A program made the position numbers and the translations under genes. The notes beneath the pieces are model-generated. The model was given only the letters and a program-made list of their open reading frames with translations. It ran no database searches and was not told the origin of the DNA. From the NCBI GenBank assembly GCA_020137815.1, contig CM035357.1, forward strand, positions 5,890,001 to 5,954,000: a stretch of DNA of 64,000 nt. The letters are read 5' to 3'. Positions 1-37,379 of this stretch are shown here, one piece after another. The stretch's first letter is position 1. Each line of letters begins with the position of its first letter. The DNA comes from Hormiphora californensis (taxonomy: Eukaryota; Animalia; Ctenophora).

Positions 1-44
<44 letters not shown>
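1..44. repeat. (AG)n microsatellite
   Basis: Perfect AG dinucleotide run at the window start. Confidence 0.95.
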
Positions 45-46
<2 letters not shown>

Positions 47-1019
47 GCTACTACTGGAGTATTTAACTTTGCAATGACGAAGGAGAGGACGTATGCTTGT
101 GCAGGAGGAGGGAGAAAAGCTAAAATTGGGTGCATGCAAGAACCCTGACAAAGGCTGAATTAGGGACATATTATTCTTGAATGAAAAGGAGAGAGAGAGA
201 GAGGGGCACACCTATAGTGATGGAGTGAGAGAGGTAGAGAGGGAGAATGAGAGAGTGATTTGAGATAGAGGAGAGAGGGTAAGAATGAGAGAGAAGGACT
301 TTTAGCCGGAAGTATCCTAATCAAACAAATTCAAAACAACATATGTTTCACAGGGGTGAGAGCTTTCTCCATAACATCGCCTCACTTCTTCTTCTCCACT
401 CTCGTCAATACTTATTATATAAACCTCTCCGCTTCAATTTTAACAACTCCAACTACGACGTGATCTAAATTCCTATCACAGCTCTTATCAAAGTACTCAA
501 CGAGCAGTTAATTTTCAGAATTAATCACACTGAGCAGTGTGAGAGAGAGAGCCAGTAGTGAGAGATTGTCTCACAAAAGACTGAACTCTCAGAACTGGGC
601 AGCGTGCGCTATTATAGTGATCAGAGAGATAGAACACATACTTTGGATACTGTGAATCAGAGTATTATCATTCAGTGAATGTCAGCTGGTAATACTACAG
701 TGGTAACACAGTGGCACCGCTGCTGCGTTTAGCACTTGCATTGTTTACACAACTGAAAAAGTGAGTGCTTGACAGAGATAGGGATAGAGAGAGTGGCAGC
801 GATAGTGAGAGAGAGAGTGTGTGTGTGAGAGGAGGGTGTGAAAATGAGCCGTTTACATCTGATTGACAGTGTCAGGAATAACATGGTGTGTACCATTCGC
901 CTGTCAGAATGCTGAAAAAAGATTACTGATATGTTTTGGGCGGGATGCGTCTTATTTCTCTTTCTGTCCTTTCTTTCTATCTCTCTTCCTCCATCTCTCT
1001 TCATCTCCATCTCTCTCCA

Positions 1020-1020
<1 letters not shown>

Positions 1021-1110
<90 letters not shown>

Positions 1111-1139
1111 ATCTCTATCTCTCTATCTCTCTCTATCTA

Positions 1140-1200
<61 letters not shown>
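1021..1200. repeat. (CT)n microsatellite
   Basis: About 180 bp of nearly pure CT repeat; it explains the poly-SL and poly-RE ORFs in the track. Confidence 0.95.
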
Positions 1201-1203
<3 letters not shown>

Positions 1204-1756
1204 GCGCATGACGCAAAAGATAAATGGAGCATTGGAGCATAAAAAGCATTCAAACACCCTGCTATGTTGCAAGAATTGAAAATAAAAGCATTCTATCAGG
1301 GAGATGGGAAACAGAGCACTTCTGACAGGTTTACCAAATCGAATTTGGGGCTGCATGCAGCACCCAGCTACCACCGTCACACCCTAAGAGAGGAACTACT
1401 GCGGAACAGTTGAACACGTTAATATGAAGAATTCAGAGAATAAAAATGAGATGAGTGGTAGTGAGAAGAGTGGTCCTTAGTTTTATCAAAATTCTGGTTA
1501 TGATAAACAAACAACGAAACTCTGCGTTTTGGTTAAAAAATGAAATGTTACAAAAAAAATGGGAAGATATATCTAGAAAACATTTGGCACTGCCGGCAAT
1601 AAAAAATCCTAATAAGTATCAAAAATATTAGAAAACATTGGACTAATAAAGAAATATCCTAAGATCGTATCCAGTACTCTCCATCCTAAAATGTCCTATT
1701 CAAATCCTCGATTCCATCCTAATCAGTATGCGGTCCTATTAAAACTCCCAGTTCAG

Positions 1757-2488
1757 CTAGTACACGATAATCTCCTCTTCTTCAGTTCCATTTCCATCAG
1801 AGAGGGGGGAGTTCTCAACCCACTTGACACAATCCAACCTGGGACAACATGTACCAGTGGGGATTGGGGTGAAGTCCAGACACTTCTGAGATGGGGGCAT
1901 GACAGGGAACCGGGGACAGGCTTCAATCATACCACTACACACGTAGCTTCCTGAGGGGGGTGATTAATTTTGGTTAGTTTTGGTTATTGAACTGTCCATA
2001 CCGTCTCCGCGGGGATTGCGGTGACAGTTCAGCGCACACTAATCTAACTCACCTTTAGTACACAGACATGTTCCACATTCCATTCTAAACATCTCTCCAC
2101 TCCTGACAAAGAACTCAGAGGTCCTATCTTTACAGACAGTCTCTGCCTCCGATATCAGTACCAATAGGTCCACACTGGAGAATTGGGCTATGGGTTGCTG
2201 AAAGAGGGAGCATTTTAGGAACATGTTCGACAGAAAAAAGGGAGCCTATTGATCTAAAAACATGTTTGACTGTATGCTGCAACTGGTAGCCATTAGCCAA
2301 ATAAATCACTACGTTTTATTTTGATCGTCTTGACCGAAGTCGGAAAGAACTGGTTAGTTATTTAAAAAAGTTCGTTAATTTTCACTTACGTTTTGACTAG
2401 CTTGGAAATGGGTTGGTCGGTTGCCGAATGGGCCTGCCAGTACTCCACTAGTGGCAGCAAGGATGAGAATAACACACATAGCAGTCAT
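1757..2488 (-). CDS. Small secreted single-VWC-domain (Cys-rich) protein, 3 exons
   Basis: Exon 1 (2488-2390) encodes MTAMCVILILAATSGVLAG... (signal peptide) and ends at GTAAGT. Exon 2 (about 2197-2053) encodes ...GEMFRMECGTCLCTK and ends at GTGAGT. Exon 3 (about 1950-1757) encodes GSYVCSGMIEACP...C...GTCCPRLDC. The CxxCxC and CCPxxxC spacing is the VWC pattern, and the phases are consistent. Confidence 0.75.
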
Positions 2489-3076
2489 GGTAACAATAAT
2501 TAGAGAAGTACTAAGTTGTTAGTTAACAATCGAAACGAGTTTAATAAGTTGATATAAGTTAGATTTAAGTCGATGGATCCCACGCCTTTATACTCCCTTC
2601 TGCCTTCCGTGACCTACGTCAATATTTGGGTTGGACCGGTGCAGGACTGTTGTCCAATTAACTTAATTACCACATGTATCACTCCTTAGAACGAGGAAGA
2701 GAGAGATAGAGAGAGAGAGAGAGTGTGTGTGTGCGTGAGATTTTGTGCCAGCACTTGTTACAAAAAACTACTACAGTGATTACACAGGGCGGGGACTGAC
2801 GTTGTGGTTATGGACACGCCCACACATAGGCCATGGTATATCATCATTACACATTGTAATTGTTCCAGTTGGATTCAGCAATGGTCACAAATTAATGTTG
2901 GGTGTGGTGTGGTTCATGGGCGGTCTAATTACCCACCGAAATATTAGTAAAGTCATAGTTAGTGAGTCATGGCTATATAGATATCGGGGGGGGGGGAGGG
3001 GGTATAGTTATAGTCGTACTCAATGACAAGGCTGATGATTCATTTTAAATGAATAACTTACCACCTTGATCTAGCT

Positions 3077-28172
<25,096 letters not shown>

Positions 28173-28653
28173 AAAAAAAGATGAATGTGTGTTTTGTTTT
28201 TATTTTCTGTGTGTTTTGATTGTGTTTAAGGTTTTAAGTGCCGCAAAGTTTTGAGTTTATGATTTGTTCACATGACATGGGCCCGCCCTAATTAACGATT
28301 GAAGAATCTCAACTTTCCCACGGTTGGTCATGGCGCGGAGCTATTGCTAGTTTTTGGGATTCATTGGTGTGGAAAGCACACCAACGCAAATTGCGCGCAC
28401 GGGTCACTCTAATTTCCTGGTCCTGCCCCTACCAGATTCTTTCCAGTCTCAAACTAAAACACGAAATTTAAGAAAATAATCAACTGTTAGAAATAATGAA
28501 TTACACATTTGTTAATATTAACAAGTCAGATCTACCACGGTCAGTGCTAATTGCGGTGTCCTTGGGTTTAGAAAAAAAAAAAGCAAACGTAAAACAATAA
28601 CTCAGTTCGGGTGGTAATATACAGTTCGTTTCTAAAATATTTTAGTAAGTGAT

Positions 28654-31600
28654 TCAGGCATCAGAAGAGAGAGGGAACTTTGCGGTGAGCCGTTTCAAGA
28701 GTTCGTAAATCACTGGAACTGAACAGGCTTGTAGGTCGGGCAGGGAAATACTTTCCTGGAAATAGGGAGTAGGTTGTTAATTTAGAGTCAAATTTGTAAC
28801 GTTCCAGCTCAAATAGGGGTGGTGAATAAATATCCACATATGAATAATTATTATTGGTTACTGATTATGGACAATACATGTGTGTGACGTGTGTACGTAC
28901 CCGTCCAAACTGTAGTTGTGCAAAGCTGATAAATCCTCCTAAGTTCCTTGATGCCTTCAGAGTACTGAGAGGTTCACCTCCCTGCGGTACATGAACCATT
29001 CTAATCGTGTTCTTCCTCATTACATTCAGTAGTTGGCAAAGCAATACTCCATCCTTGAGGGCATCCACTTCTTGCAGGCTGACTGCCAGATACTTAGCAA
29101 CCACCTAGTGATAATTAGTGATTAATTAGTGTTAATTAGGTCGCTACTAGGGCGCCCCCCCCCCCCCACTAGGGGTCATATAATATCTGAAAACAAATTG
29201 TTTCAGTCAAAACATACGTTTTTGATAAAGTTTTCCTGGACTTGTAGTTGGGCCACTTTTCCCTCATTTCGTGTGATTGTAAAGGAACTTTCCTCACCCT
29301 CTACGTCTTCAGGGTCAGACTGGGACAGAGAAAGGGGTTTAGTAGTGTCTCATATTTGAGGGTCAGACTGGGACAGAGAAAGGGGTTTAGTAGTGTCTCA
29401 TATTTGAGGGACAGGATTCAGGGTTGGTAGCCTAACACAGTGATTAGCACTGACGTGGAAAGCACAATAAGAAGGTCCCACATATTTGATCCATCCAGCT
29501 ACCTACCCCAGGGGGAGAAGAAGTGGGCACTGGTGGGATGACTTCCTTATTGTCAGAAAATGAAACTGATCGCTTACCTAGTAGGATAAGTATTGTTAAT
29601 TTCACACGCAAAACATTAAACCAAACTCAATGATAAGGACCATTAAAAACCCACTAAAACCTTGCTCGACCCTGTTTCCCCGCACCCCTCTCTTATTTAC
29701 AAATGTAAAGGAGGGTTAGAACATGGCAACTAAAACCTACTTGAGAGACTTGATAGACTAGTGAGTGTAGAGCTACGACTCCCTGATAACCCATCCAATA
29801 ACACCTCATCTAGAGAGGCAAGGGCCGCTTCTTCAGGACTCACTACTAGATCTGGGATCTGAAATAGTGAGAGATAGAGATAGAGAGAGGGAGGGAGGGT
29901 GGGTGTGATGATGTATTTTGAAGGAGAAAACAGTGTGTGAGTAGACGAAGGAAAGACGCTTGTTTGTATTGTCACACTCTCGCACACACACACACAGTAT
30001 CACACAATCCCAGCTAGCACTCAAAACAAGAAAAAGAGAGGCTATTTGCTATCTCTCTTTTCTCTCTCTCTCTCTCCGCTGTTTTTATATCACACACACA
30101 GACACACTCTCACTCCTCTTCCTCGTGACTTCGAGACTTAGTTACTTTCTTCATTAACTTTTTCATCTTTGGAAAGAAAATGAAGGGTTATAAAGTTAGA
30201 AAACGAGAGCCTTGATAAGGTTTTCGGCCGAATTCACTATACCGTCAGTTTTACCCCGACTGTCCGTCAGTTTTTCCCCAAAAAACGGACGGATGGTCCA
30301 GAATGGGAAAGTGTACAGGAAAGTTACACTCGGCGCGCGACCCTTCCAATGGGTGAGTTATCGCGCGTTACGTAGTTGTCACCCAGAGTTTGGTACAGAA
30401 ATGGGCCACACACATCTGAATTGTTATTTTCAACTCTATAGAAATTATTGGATGTGAGATGTGTGTATATTATATGTTCGCAAAAGGCAAGCTTCCCCTC
30501 GTCCGACCCGAAGTTGGAATCATATGGGTTTAGTTTGTCGAACCGGCAAGTTGCTAACATTTTCAAATCTTCACTACTTCTCAAATGATCCCATACTTTC
30601 AGTCTAATCCCAAAATCCTATTAAAAATAGAGACAAAAATAACGGCACCAAACTGTGAAATGCCCTTGCATTAGTGCGAGTAGAATAAAATCAATTTTCT
30701 ATCTAAAGGCCGAGTTTATAGCAAGAAAGGACTATTTTACAACGAATTCTCTGGTTAGTATGGTAACCAACTCCGTTGTCATGGTAAATCAATCGAACTC
30801 TATCGAGTTCTATCGCCAGCAACTGGATGAAAATTTATCCATTTCATTATGCACAATGCACAGGCTTTGGTTACGAAGTTACCCCTTGCCAGCGTGTGCA
30901 CGCGAAGGTCGCCCGGCGACAGAGTGTGAGGTGTCTTCGATACCAAGCACAGGCTTGTGTAACAAAAAGGGGCGTTTTTATAGCTTATTGTTCATCATAA
31001 CCTGAAATAAATAATTTTCATTACTTTCACAAAGGCTCAAAGTTTGAATATCAAATTTGCCAAAATTGTGCAGGGGCCACCCCAAAATTAATCTCTAAGT
31101 AATTAATTAATTAATTTTGACTATTCCCACTTTCTGTAGATTATATTATATGTTTTATGCATGAAGAACATTCCTAGAAAGTTTCAAGTCGATATTTTAA
31201 GCAGAACGGAAAATATAATTTAGTGCATGGGCAAACAAAATGGTGCAAGGGCACATGTTCAGGGGAAATTTGCACAAATTGTGCAGGGGCAAATTTTAAT
31301 TAATTTGCCTATAATTAATTACCTAATTGATATATTAATCATACGGCTCTTCTAGTACTCGTAGTTATGCTACTAGAACATGCATAGAAAGTTTCGTGTC
31401 AAAATATTAAACGGTGTGGACACAGTTCGATCATAAAATTGGTGCAAGGGCTGCCCTTGCACCATTTGCCCTTGCACATTGCCTGCCCTTGCACCAAATT
31501 CCATTTTTTGCACGGCTCTAACTAACTAATTAATTAATTTTGACTATTCCCACTTTTCGAACATCATCTTTTATGATTGAAGAACATTCCTACAAAGTTT

Positions 31601-34600
31601 CAAGTCGATATTTTAAGCAGAACGGAAAATAGAATTTGGTGCAAGGGCGTGGTGCAAGGGACATAACACGCAATGTGCAGGGGCACGGTGCCCTTGCACC
31701 GTTTTTAATTACCTATAATTAATTAATTAATTAAAAATTCAAAAATCCGCCAACGTCATGACACAAAGGAATACTACAAGAACATGCCTACAAAATTTCA
31801 AGTCGATATCTCAAACGGTGTGGCCACAATCGTTGACATGTTTTTTGCCCCCCCCCCCCCCCCCCCCCCCAAAAAAAGACCTTTCTTTGTTCTTAATAGG
31901 GCCGGCATTTTTGGGTTTTTGTGCAGGGGCAAAAATTTTTTTTCGTTTTTTGCTGTTTTCTTCGGGTCGGAGGTGCCTGCCGGCACCTAAATAACTGTGG
32001 AATATAACACTCACCCCAGATACTTTGGGGGACTTCTTCGCTTTCTCTGAATCTTCATTTGACTTGTCCGACTTGGGCGAGTATTTGACACTTTTAGGGG
32101 ACTTGGTTTTCGAATCTGGGGTAAGGAAGGAATGTCCTGAACAATATGTTAATTAAGTAGTCAGGAGACAAACAGATGAACATTAAACAGACAATAAATT
32201 GTATGAGACACTGACCCTTCTTCTTCTTGTCTCTCTTCTCAGATTGGGGTGATGGACTTGGTTCACTAGTCTCTGGTAGGGTCATATCGGCTGATGTATC
32301 AGCTAGTTGTTTAGCCAGTGCCTTCCCAGTTGTTCTGTTAATTGTGTTGATAGAACGGCCCTGGGCAACCTGGGACGAGGAATGTGCAGCCCTGTAATCC
32401 CCCAACACGTCTAGGGGGAGCTGGAGTGGGGCTAGAGGGGCTGGAGAGTGGGGGAGTTGGAGTGGGGCTAGAAATGGGGGAGCTGGAGTGGGGCTAGAGA
32501 GGGGCTGGAGAGGGGGAGCTGGAGTGGGGCTAGAAATGGGGGAGTGGGGCTAGAAATGGGGGACTGGGGTCTGGGGCTAGAGTGGGGCTAGAAATGGGGG
32601 ACTGGGGCTAGAATGGGGGACTGGGGCTAGAGTGGGGCTAGAGGTGGGGGACTGGGGCTAGAGTGGGGCTAGAGGTGGGGGAGCTAGAGGGGGACTTGGT
32701 CTAGAGGTTGGGGGACTAGGTAGCTAGAGATGTCTTGTCACGGACGGTGTCATCAGCCCTATACAGCTGATCCAGAGGGCTAGAGATGTCACTCAGATAA
32801 AAACCTGTAAAGAACGTTTCATATAATCCCCTCCAATTCCATATTTCTCTCTGTATGTTTTATCTTTCTCAAGCTCCTTCTTGAAGAAAGGATCCTCTAA
32901 CATCCAAGCAGTGGCCTGACAATCCCATGATACGAGGAGATCACTGATGAAACTGAGGGGAGTGGTGGGTTAGTATCGGAGTGGAACAGAGAGACAAGGA
33001 GACAGGCAGACAGAGAGAGAGAGAGTGGGACAGAGAGACAGACATACAGGCAGACAGACATACAGACAGACAGACAGTATTCCACACCTAGCACTGTTAG
33101 TAAGTGTTGATCTCGGATTTGCAAAGTTATGTTTCATCCTCTCCTCCTCTTTCTTCCTTCTGAAAACCTTCTCAGTACTTCCAACAGGTCCTTTTGTTCC
33201 TGCTGCCAGACCAGAATCTCTAGGAGTTTGAAGATGTGAACCCGTCCCCTCTCTGCGTACTAGAAGATAGGGGTTGTTAATTGGGGAGTGCGTGTGTCTG
33301 GTCCTTGTGGGTGAAGCTCGTGACACTGGTCATGGTGGATGGATGAAGTAAGAGAGGTAGAAAGTATTTAGGTAGCTGTGTGGGAGAGAAGACAGTATAT
33401 CTCTAGGGGCTATATTAACCTGTGCAGGAGGGCACACTAGAGGATTATTACTAATATCCAGGAACTTCAGATCCTTCAGGAACCGATATGATGGTGGGAT
33501 AATTGCAATCCTGTTATAACTGAGATCCAACCTTACTAGCGGCGTCTCGGTCAGCTCTGTGGATGAGGAGGAGGGTATCAGTTTGGGATTACATCTCGAA
33601 AATACAAAGCAGAAACTCTAACTGAGTTTATCAACAAGATAAAGCACAATACCTTTAGTTTCGTAAACTAATATTTACCGGAGGGAATGTGAGTTATAAA
33701 GTTGTTCCGTGCATTCAGATCCCGTAGGTTGGTAAGTTTCCCGAATTCAGGGGGAATGCTGCTCAACATGTTACAGCTCATATCGAGATCCATTAGTTGG
33801 GTCAGGTTACCTGTGAGATTGGGTCAAGTGAGGGTTGGGATAAACTGAGTAAAGCGAGCATATAAGTACACAACTACATATTTGATATTACCAAAGATGT
33901 ACACATCGATGTGTCTACCAGTACCCACTACCCGGCCGGCGGCCATCTCATCACCTATACCAACCTATTTCAGCTGGGAGTGTGTGTATTTTGTTGTTGG
34001 CCAGGTACAGTTCCTCTAACGGTAATGAACATAGATGAGAGGGAATCCTGGGAGAGAAGATTGTGTTAGTGAGATGTCTGGCCCTAATCAAGTGAGATGT
34101 CTGGCCCTAACCAAGTGAGATGTCTGGCCCTAACCAAGTGAGATGTCTGGCCCTAACCAAGTGAGATGTCTGGCCCTAATCAAGTGAGATGTCTGGCCCT
34201 AACCAAGTGAGATGTCTGGCCCTAATCAATGTCTCCATACTAATAATCAAGTGATTAGTGAGATGTCTCCAATCTCCATACTTACGAGGTGAGTTGGTTT
34301 CTACTGAGGTTCAACTTGCACAGGAACCGTAGAGAGCTCATATCAATGATAGATCTGATCATGTTGTAGTAACAGTTTAGTTCCTCAACCGCCTCACATT
34401 CCAGGACCTCCTCAGGTATCTCATTGAACTTGTTCTTGGATAGATCTGGGGAGAGAGAGGGTGTAGTGAGATTTTGATAAATCTGGACGGGGTGTTGTTC
34501 AAAGAGGTTAGAGGGTCGAGCAAGGCAAGACGGGAGGGTGAGATATGTGGATTGAGGAACGACACGGGATGTAATACCTATAATCGAAGAATTTTATTCA

Positions 34601-34939
34601 CTAAAAATGCGCAAATCTTACCTACAACCATGACATCTGATGTGTCAACATGATCAATTTCCTTGGGTAACGTCCGCAAATTCATTGACTGAATTTCTAA
34701 CGTTCCTGAAAACAGAGGGCTCGTGTTACAAATATGAATCTAAAAAGTAAAATAGATGGGAGGATCTCTAAAATGCGTTAATTTTTTGCCTGTCTGTTTG
34801 TAAAGACCTCAAAAAGGAACCTGAGATGTGTCACCTACTAACACTTACACAGCCTCCAATACACCCACTGACCTGTAAAGATGCTGGACTCAAACTTTTG
34901 TTTGAGAGAAGTTTGTACATGCACATTCCCCCCGGCCAT
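28654..34939 (-). CDS. LRCH: Leucine-rich repeat and calponin homology domain protein, multi-exon
   Basis: N-terminal exons MAGGNVHVQTSLKQKFESSIFT / GTLEIQSMNLRTLP / DLSKNKFNEIP...LNLSRNQLT / LDLSYNRIAIIP...LDISNNPLVCPPAQ (LRRs); C-terminal CH domain LKDGVLLCQLLN...VHVP (about 29105-28901); last exon ends in TGA at 28654. The middle exons are not fully resolved. Confidence 0.88.
30190..31995. mobile_element. Putative non-autonomous DNA element (Helentron/DINE-like?) in an LRCH intron
   Basis: Non-coding; internal repeated blocks and many GTGCAAGGGC motifs in both orientations; terminal hairpin AGGTGCC-TGCC-GGCACCT near 31971-31988. Boundaries are approximate. Confidence 0.4.
32412..32720. 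repeat. G-rich degenerate minisatellite (GGGGAGCTGGAGTGGGGCTAGA)
   Basis: Tandem 11-22 bp G-rich units inside LRCH. Confidence 0.8.
34068..34230. repeat. 23-bp intronic minisatellite (GTGAGATGTCTGGCCCTAAYCAA)
   Basis: About 7 copies in an LRCH intron. Confidence 0.9.
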
Positions 34940-35068
34940 CCTAGTCCTAGAGAGAGAGAGGGGAATCAATATTGTACTTGTACGACAAGGCACGGTACCC
35001 GCACGGTACCTTTAGAGACTCCGTGACGGAGATATATAAACACACTGGTCTTTAAAAAATATCAACAG

Positions 35069-35272
35069 TTAATAAATTAGACATGTGTTATATATTCTCT
35101 CTAGAAGATGATACTGAGAAGGGAGGGTGGTAGGTAGTCCGGTAGCAGGGTCTGGGTTCGTCTGGAGTCCCTTGTAGATTATGTAGGGGATAATTCCGTA
35201 GTAGAACACCTTTTGGCCCAGTCGTGTCACCTTCATCAGTCGCTCCTTCATTGGCTCAGATAGTTCAACCAT
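35069..35272 (-). CDS. TOMM7: Mitochondrial import receptor subunit TOM7 (C-terminus apparently frameshifted in this sequence)
   Basis: MVELSEPMKERLMKV...VFYYGIIPYIIYKGL...DP matches the TOM7 pattern (GxIPxxIYxG). A TOM7-like end, PPSLLSIIF*, lies in another frame and stops at 35101. Confidence 0.8.
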   Translation of the reverse strand: MVELSEPMKERLMKVTRLGQKVFYYGIIPYIIYKGLQTNPDPATGLPTTLPSQYHLLERIYNTCLIY

Positions 35273-35706
35273 GGTGGGCTGCTAAAATGGAAGGAGCTGT
35301 GAAATAACAGGGACTACTAAAATGTAAGGGCTGTGAAATAACAGGGCCTGCTAAAATGGAAGGGCTGTGAAATAACAGGGCACTAAAATGGAAGGGGTGA
35401 AACGTGTGGAATATGTGATGTAGTTGGTAAATAAAAGAAAGTCTGAAGAGAAAATAACACTAAGAGTAATAAATATATGACAAAACAACCACTTTAAAAA
35501 ATGTAAAACTAAGATTTAAAAACCGAGATGATTCTATCGGTAAGATAAAGTCTCTCATGCAGTTACTGCATAGAATAATAAAATGCACATATACCATGCT
35601 AAATTTTCCGTATCACTTTTCACTAAAATAGTTGAAAGGAATATCCGACCATTTTCAGTATTGTCTATTGTGAGTTCTCAGCCTAGTCTATTTAGGGAGA
35701 TTTGGC

Positions 35707-36611
35707 TCAATGAAGAGCATTATGAATTCCCATCAGATCCTTGAAATATTTCACTGTCTTCACTTTCAGCTCCATAGTTGCATGTTCGTCACAGATAAAC
35801 ACTGCTTTAGCGTGTTGCTGTAGAGCAGTGATAGTCCACATGTGATTGATACCACCTTCAATAGCATAGTGAAGCGCCAGGGCTTTGTGGGCCCCTGTAA
35901 TCAGAATCATAACCTCTTTCGCATCCAAAATGGTCTGAACTCCAACATGTAAGAGCCTGGGTTGGAACCTTAGATTCATCTCCATCAAAGAACCGAGCAT
36001 TAGCCTGGATGGTTTCTTTATTCAGATGTTTTAACTCGGGTTCTGGATACCAAGCTTGATCCAGGCTCGTTGAACGCTATGTGTCCATCAGGTCCAATAC
36101 CACCAACAAATAAATCAATTCCACCTGCCTCAACTATCATCCGCTCATAACTCTCACACTCTGCAACCAGATCTGGCGCATTGCCATCCAATATGTGTAC
36201 ATTATCAGGGTGGATGTCGATGTGTTTGAAAAGGTTTTCCCACATGAAGGAGTGGTAACTCTCTGGGTGATCTCGGGGAAGGTTCACATACTCATCCATG
36301 TTGAATGTCTTAACGTACCTGAACAATAATGATTTTAGTGAGGAGAGGAATAATGTTAGAAGACAGACAAGCTCTTGAAACTTGATGAAATTCAAAGTTT
36401 AAACCTATCTTGTTACCTACTTGAAACTAAGTTTTCCTGCCTGTACGAACTTCACAAGTTCTCGGTACATGCCCTTGGGTGTTCCCCCTGTTGGTAGACC
36501 CAGGACAAAGTATTTCCTGTGATCAGGGTTCGCTTCAAGGATCCGTGCTTTGACGTAGGATGCTGCCCAGAACGCAACATCCTGTTCTGTGTCCCTGATT
36601 ACCAAGCGCAT
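35707..36611 (-). CDS. GNPDA: Glucosamine-6-phosphate deaminase (two apparent +1 frameshifts)
   Basis: [55 protein letters not shown]; intron 36420-36319; one extra base at 36026 and one at 35947. Confidence 0.93.
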
Positions 36612-36739
36612 GTTCTAATTAATCGTGGAGTTAATTAAGTGTTGTTAGTCGTTTGAAGGGTCTATAATTCATGCAGTTAAATCAAGAAACCGATCCAATT
36701 TCTAGCAAAAATGCATCCGGGAAAAGATCTATTCACACG

Positions 36740-37379
36740 AGGGTGCCGTTATGATATGGGTGTCAACAAACCTGTTTACAGGTGTGTGCTGCCAAAAAAG
36801 TACCCTGCACTAAAATGGCGCTAAGGGTCGGTGTGCAGCGTTCATTCACTAAAAAATTTAGCCCTAATTTTAACGTTGGCCCGTCGCGACGGGTGCGATT
36901 ATAATCTGGGTGCCTTGCATCCTGTTTAGAGGTACGTGCTACCTAAAGAGTACGCTTAGACCAACTTTTTTCAAACAGCTATGCCACACAACCCCATGAC
37001 CAATTTTAGTAAACTAAACGGTATCTGATAGAGGATATATAGTGCTAACCGATAACCCTAAACAAAAACCTAATCCGACCCTAACAACAGCCCTAACCCG
37101 TCTCGACCGCCAAAATCGATGAATTGTTAGCAATGGAAAGCAGGGCGCCGTTACGATCTGGGTGTTTCGTGGCCTGTTTACAGGTATGCGCTGCCAAAAA
37201 AAGTTGATTTACTGAAATGGCTCTAACCGCCAAACCACTCAACCGTTTTGGCTTATTTAAAGTTTATCTGGTAGGAAATATCAAGGCCTAACCCCAACCC
37301 AAACCCCAACCCTAACCCTACTTTAGCCCTAACCGGCTAACTTTAGCCCTAACGGCTAACCCTAAAAAACCGTTTGTCA
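36740..37379. repeat. Repeat family with a unit of about 268 bp and telomere-like CCCTAA motifs, left part
   Basis: Same unit as 42676-43190; interrupted at TGTCA by a LINE and resumes at 40269. Confidence 0.75.

Noticed and set aside
729-1380. Poly-SL and poly-RE ORFs
   Set aside because: Translations of the (CT)n microsatellite.
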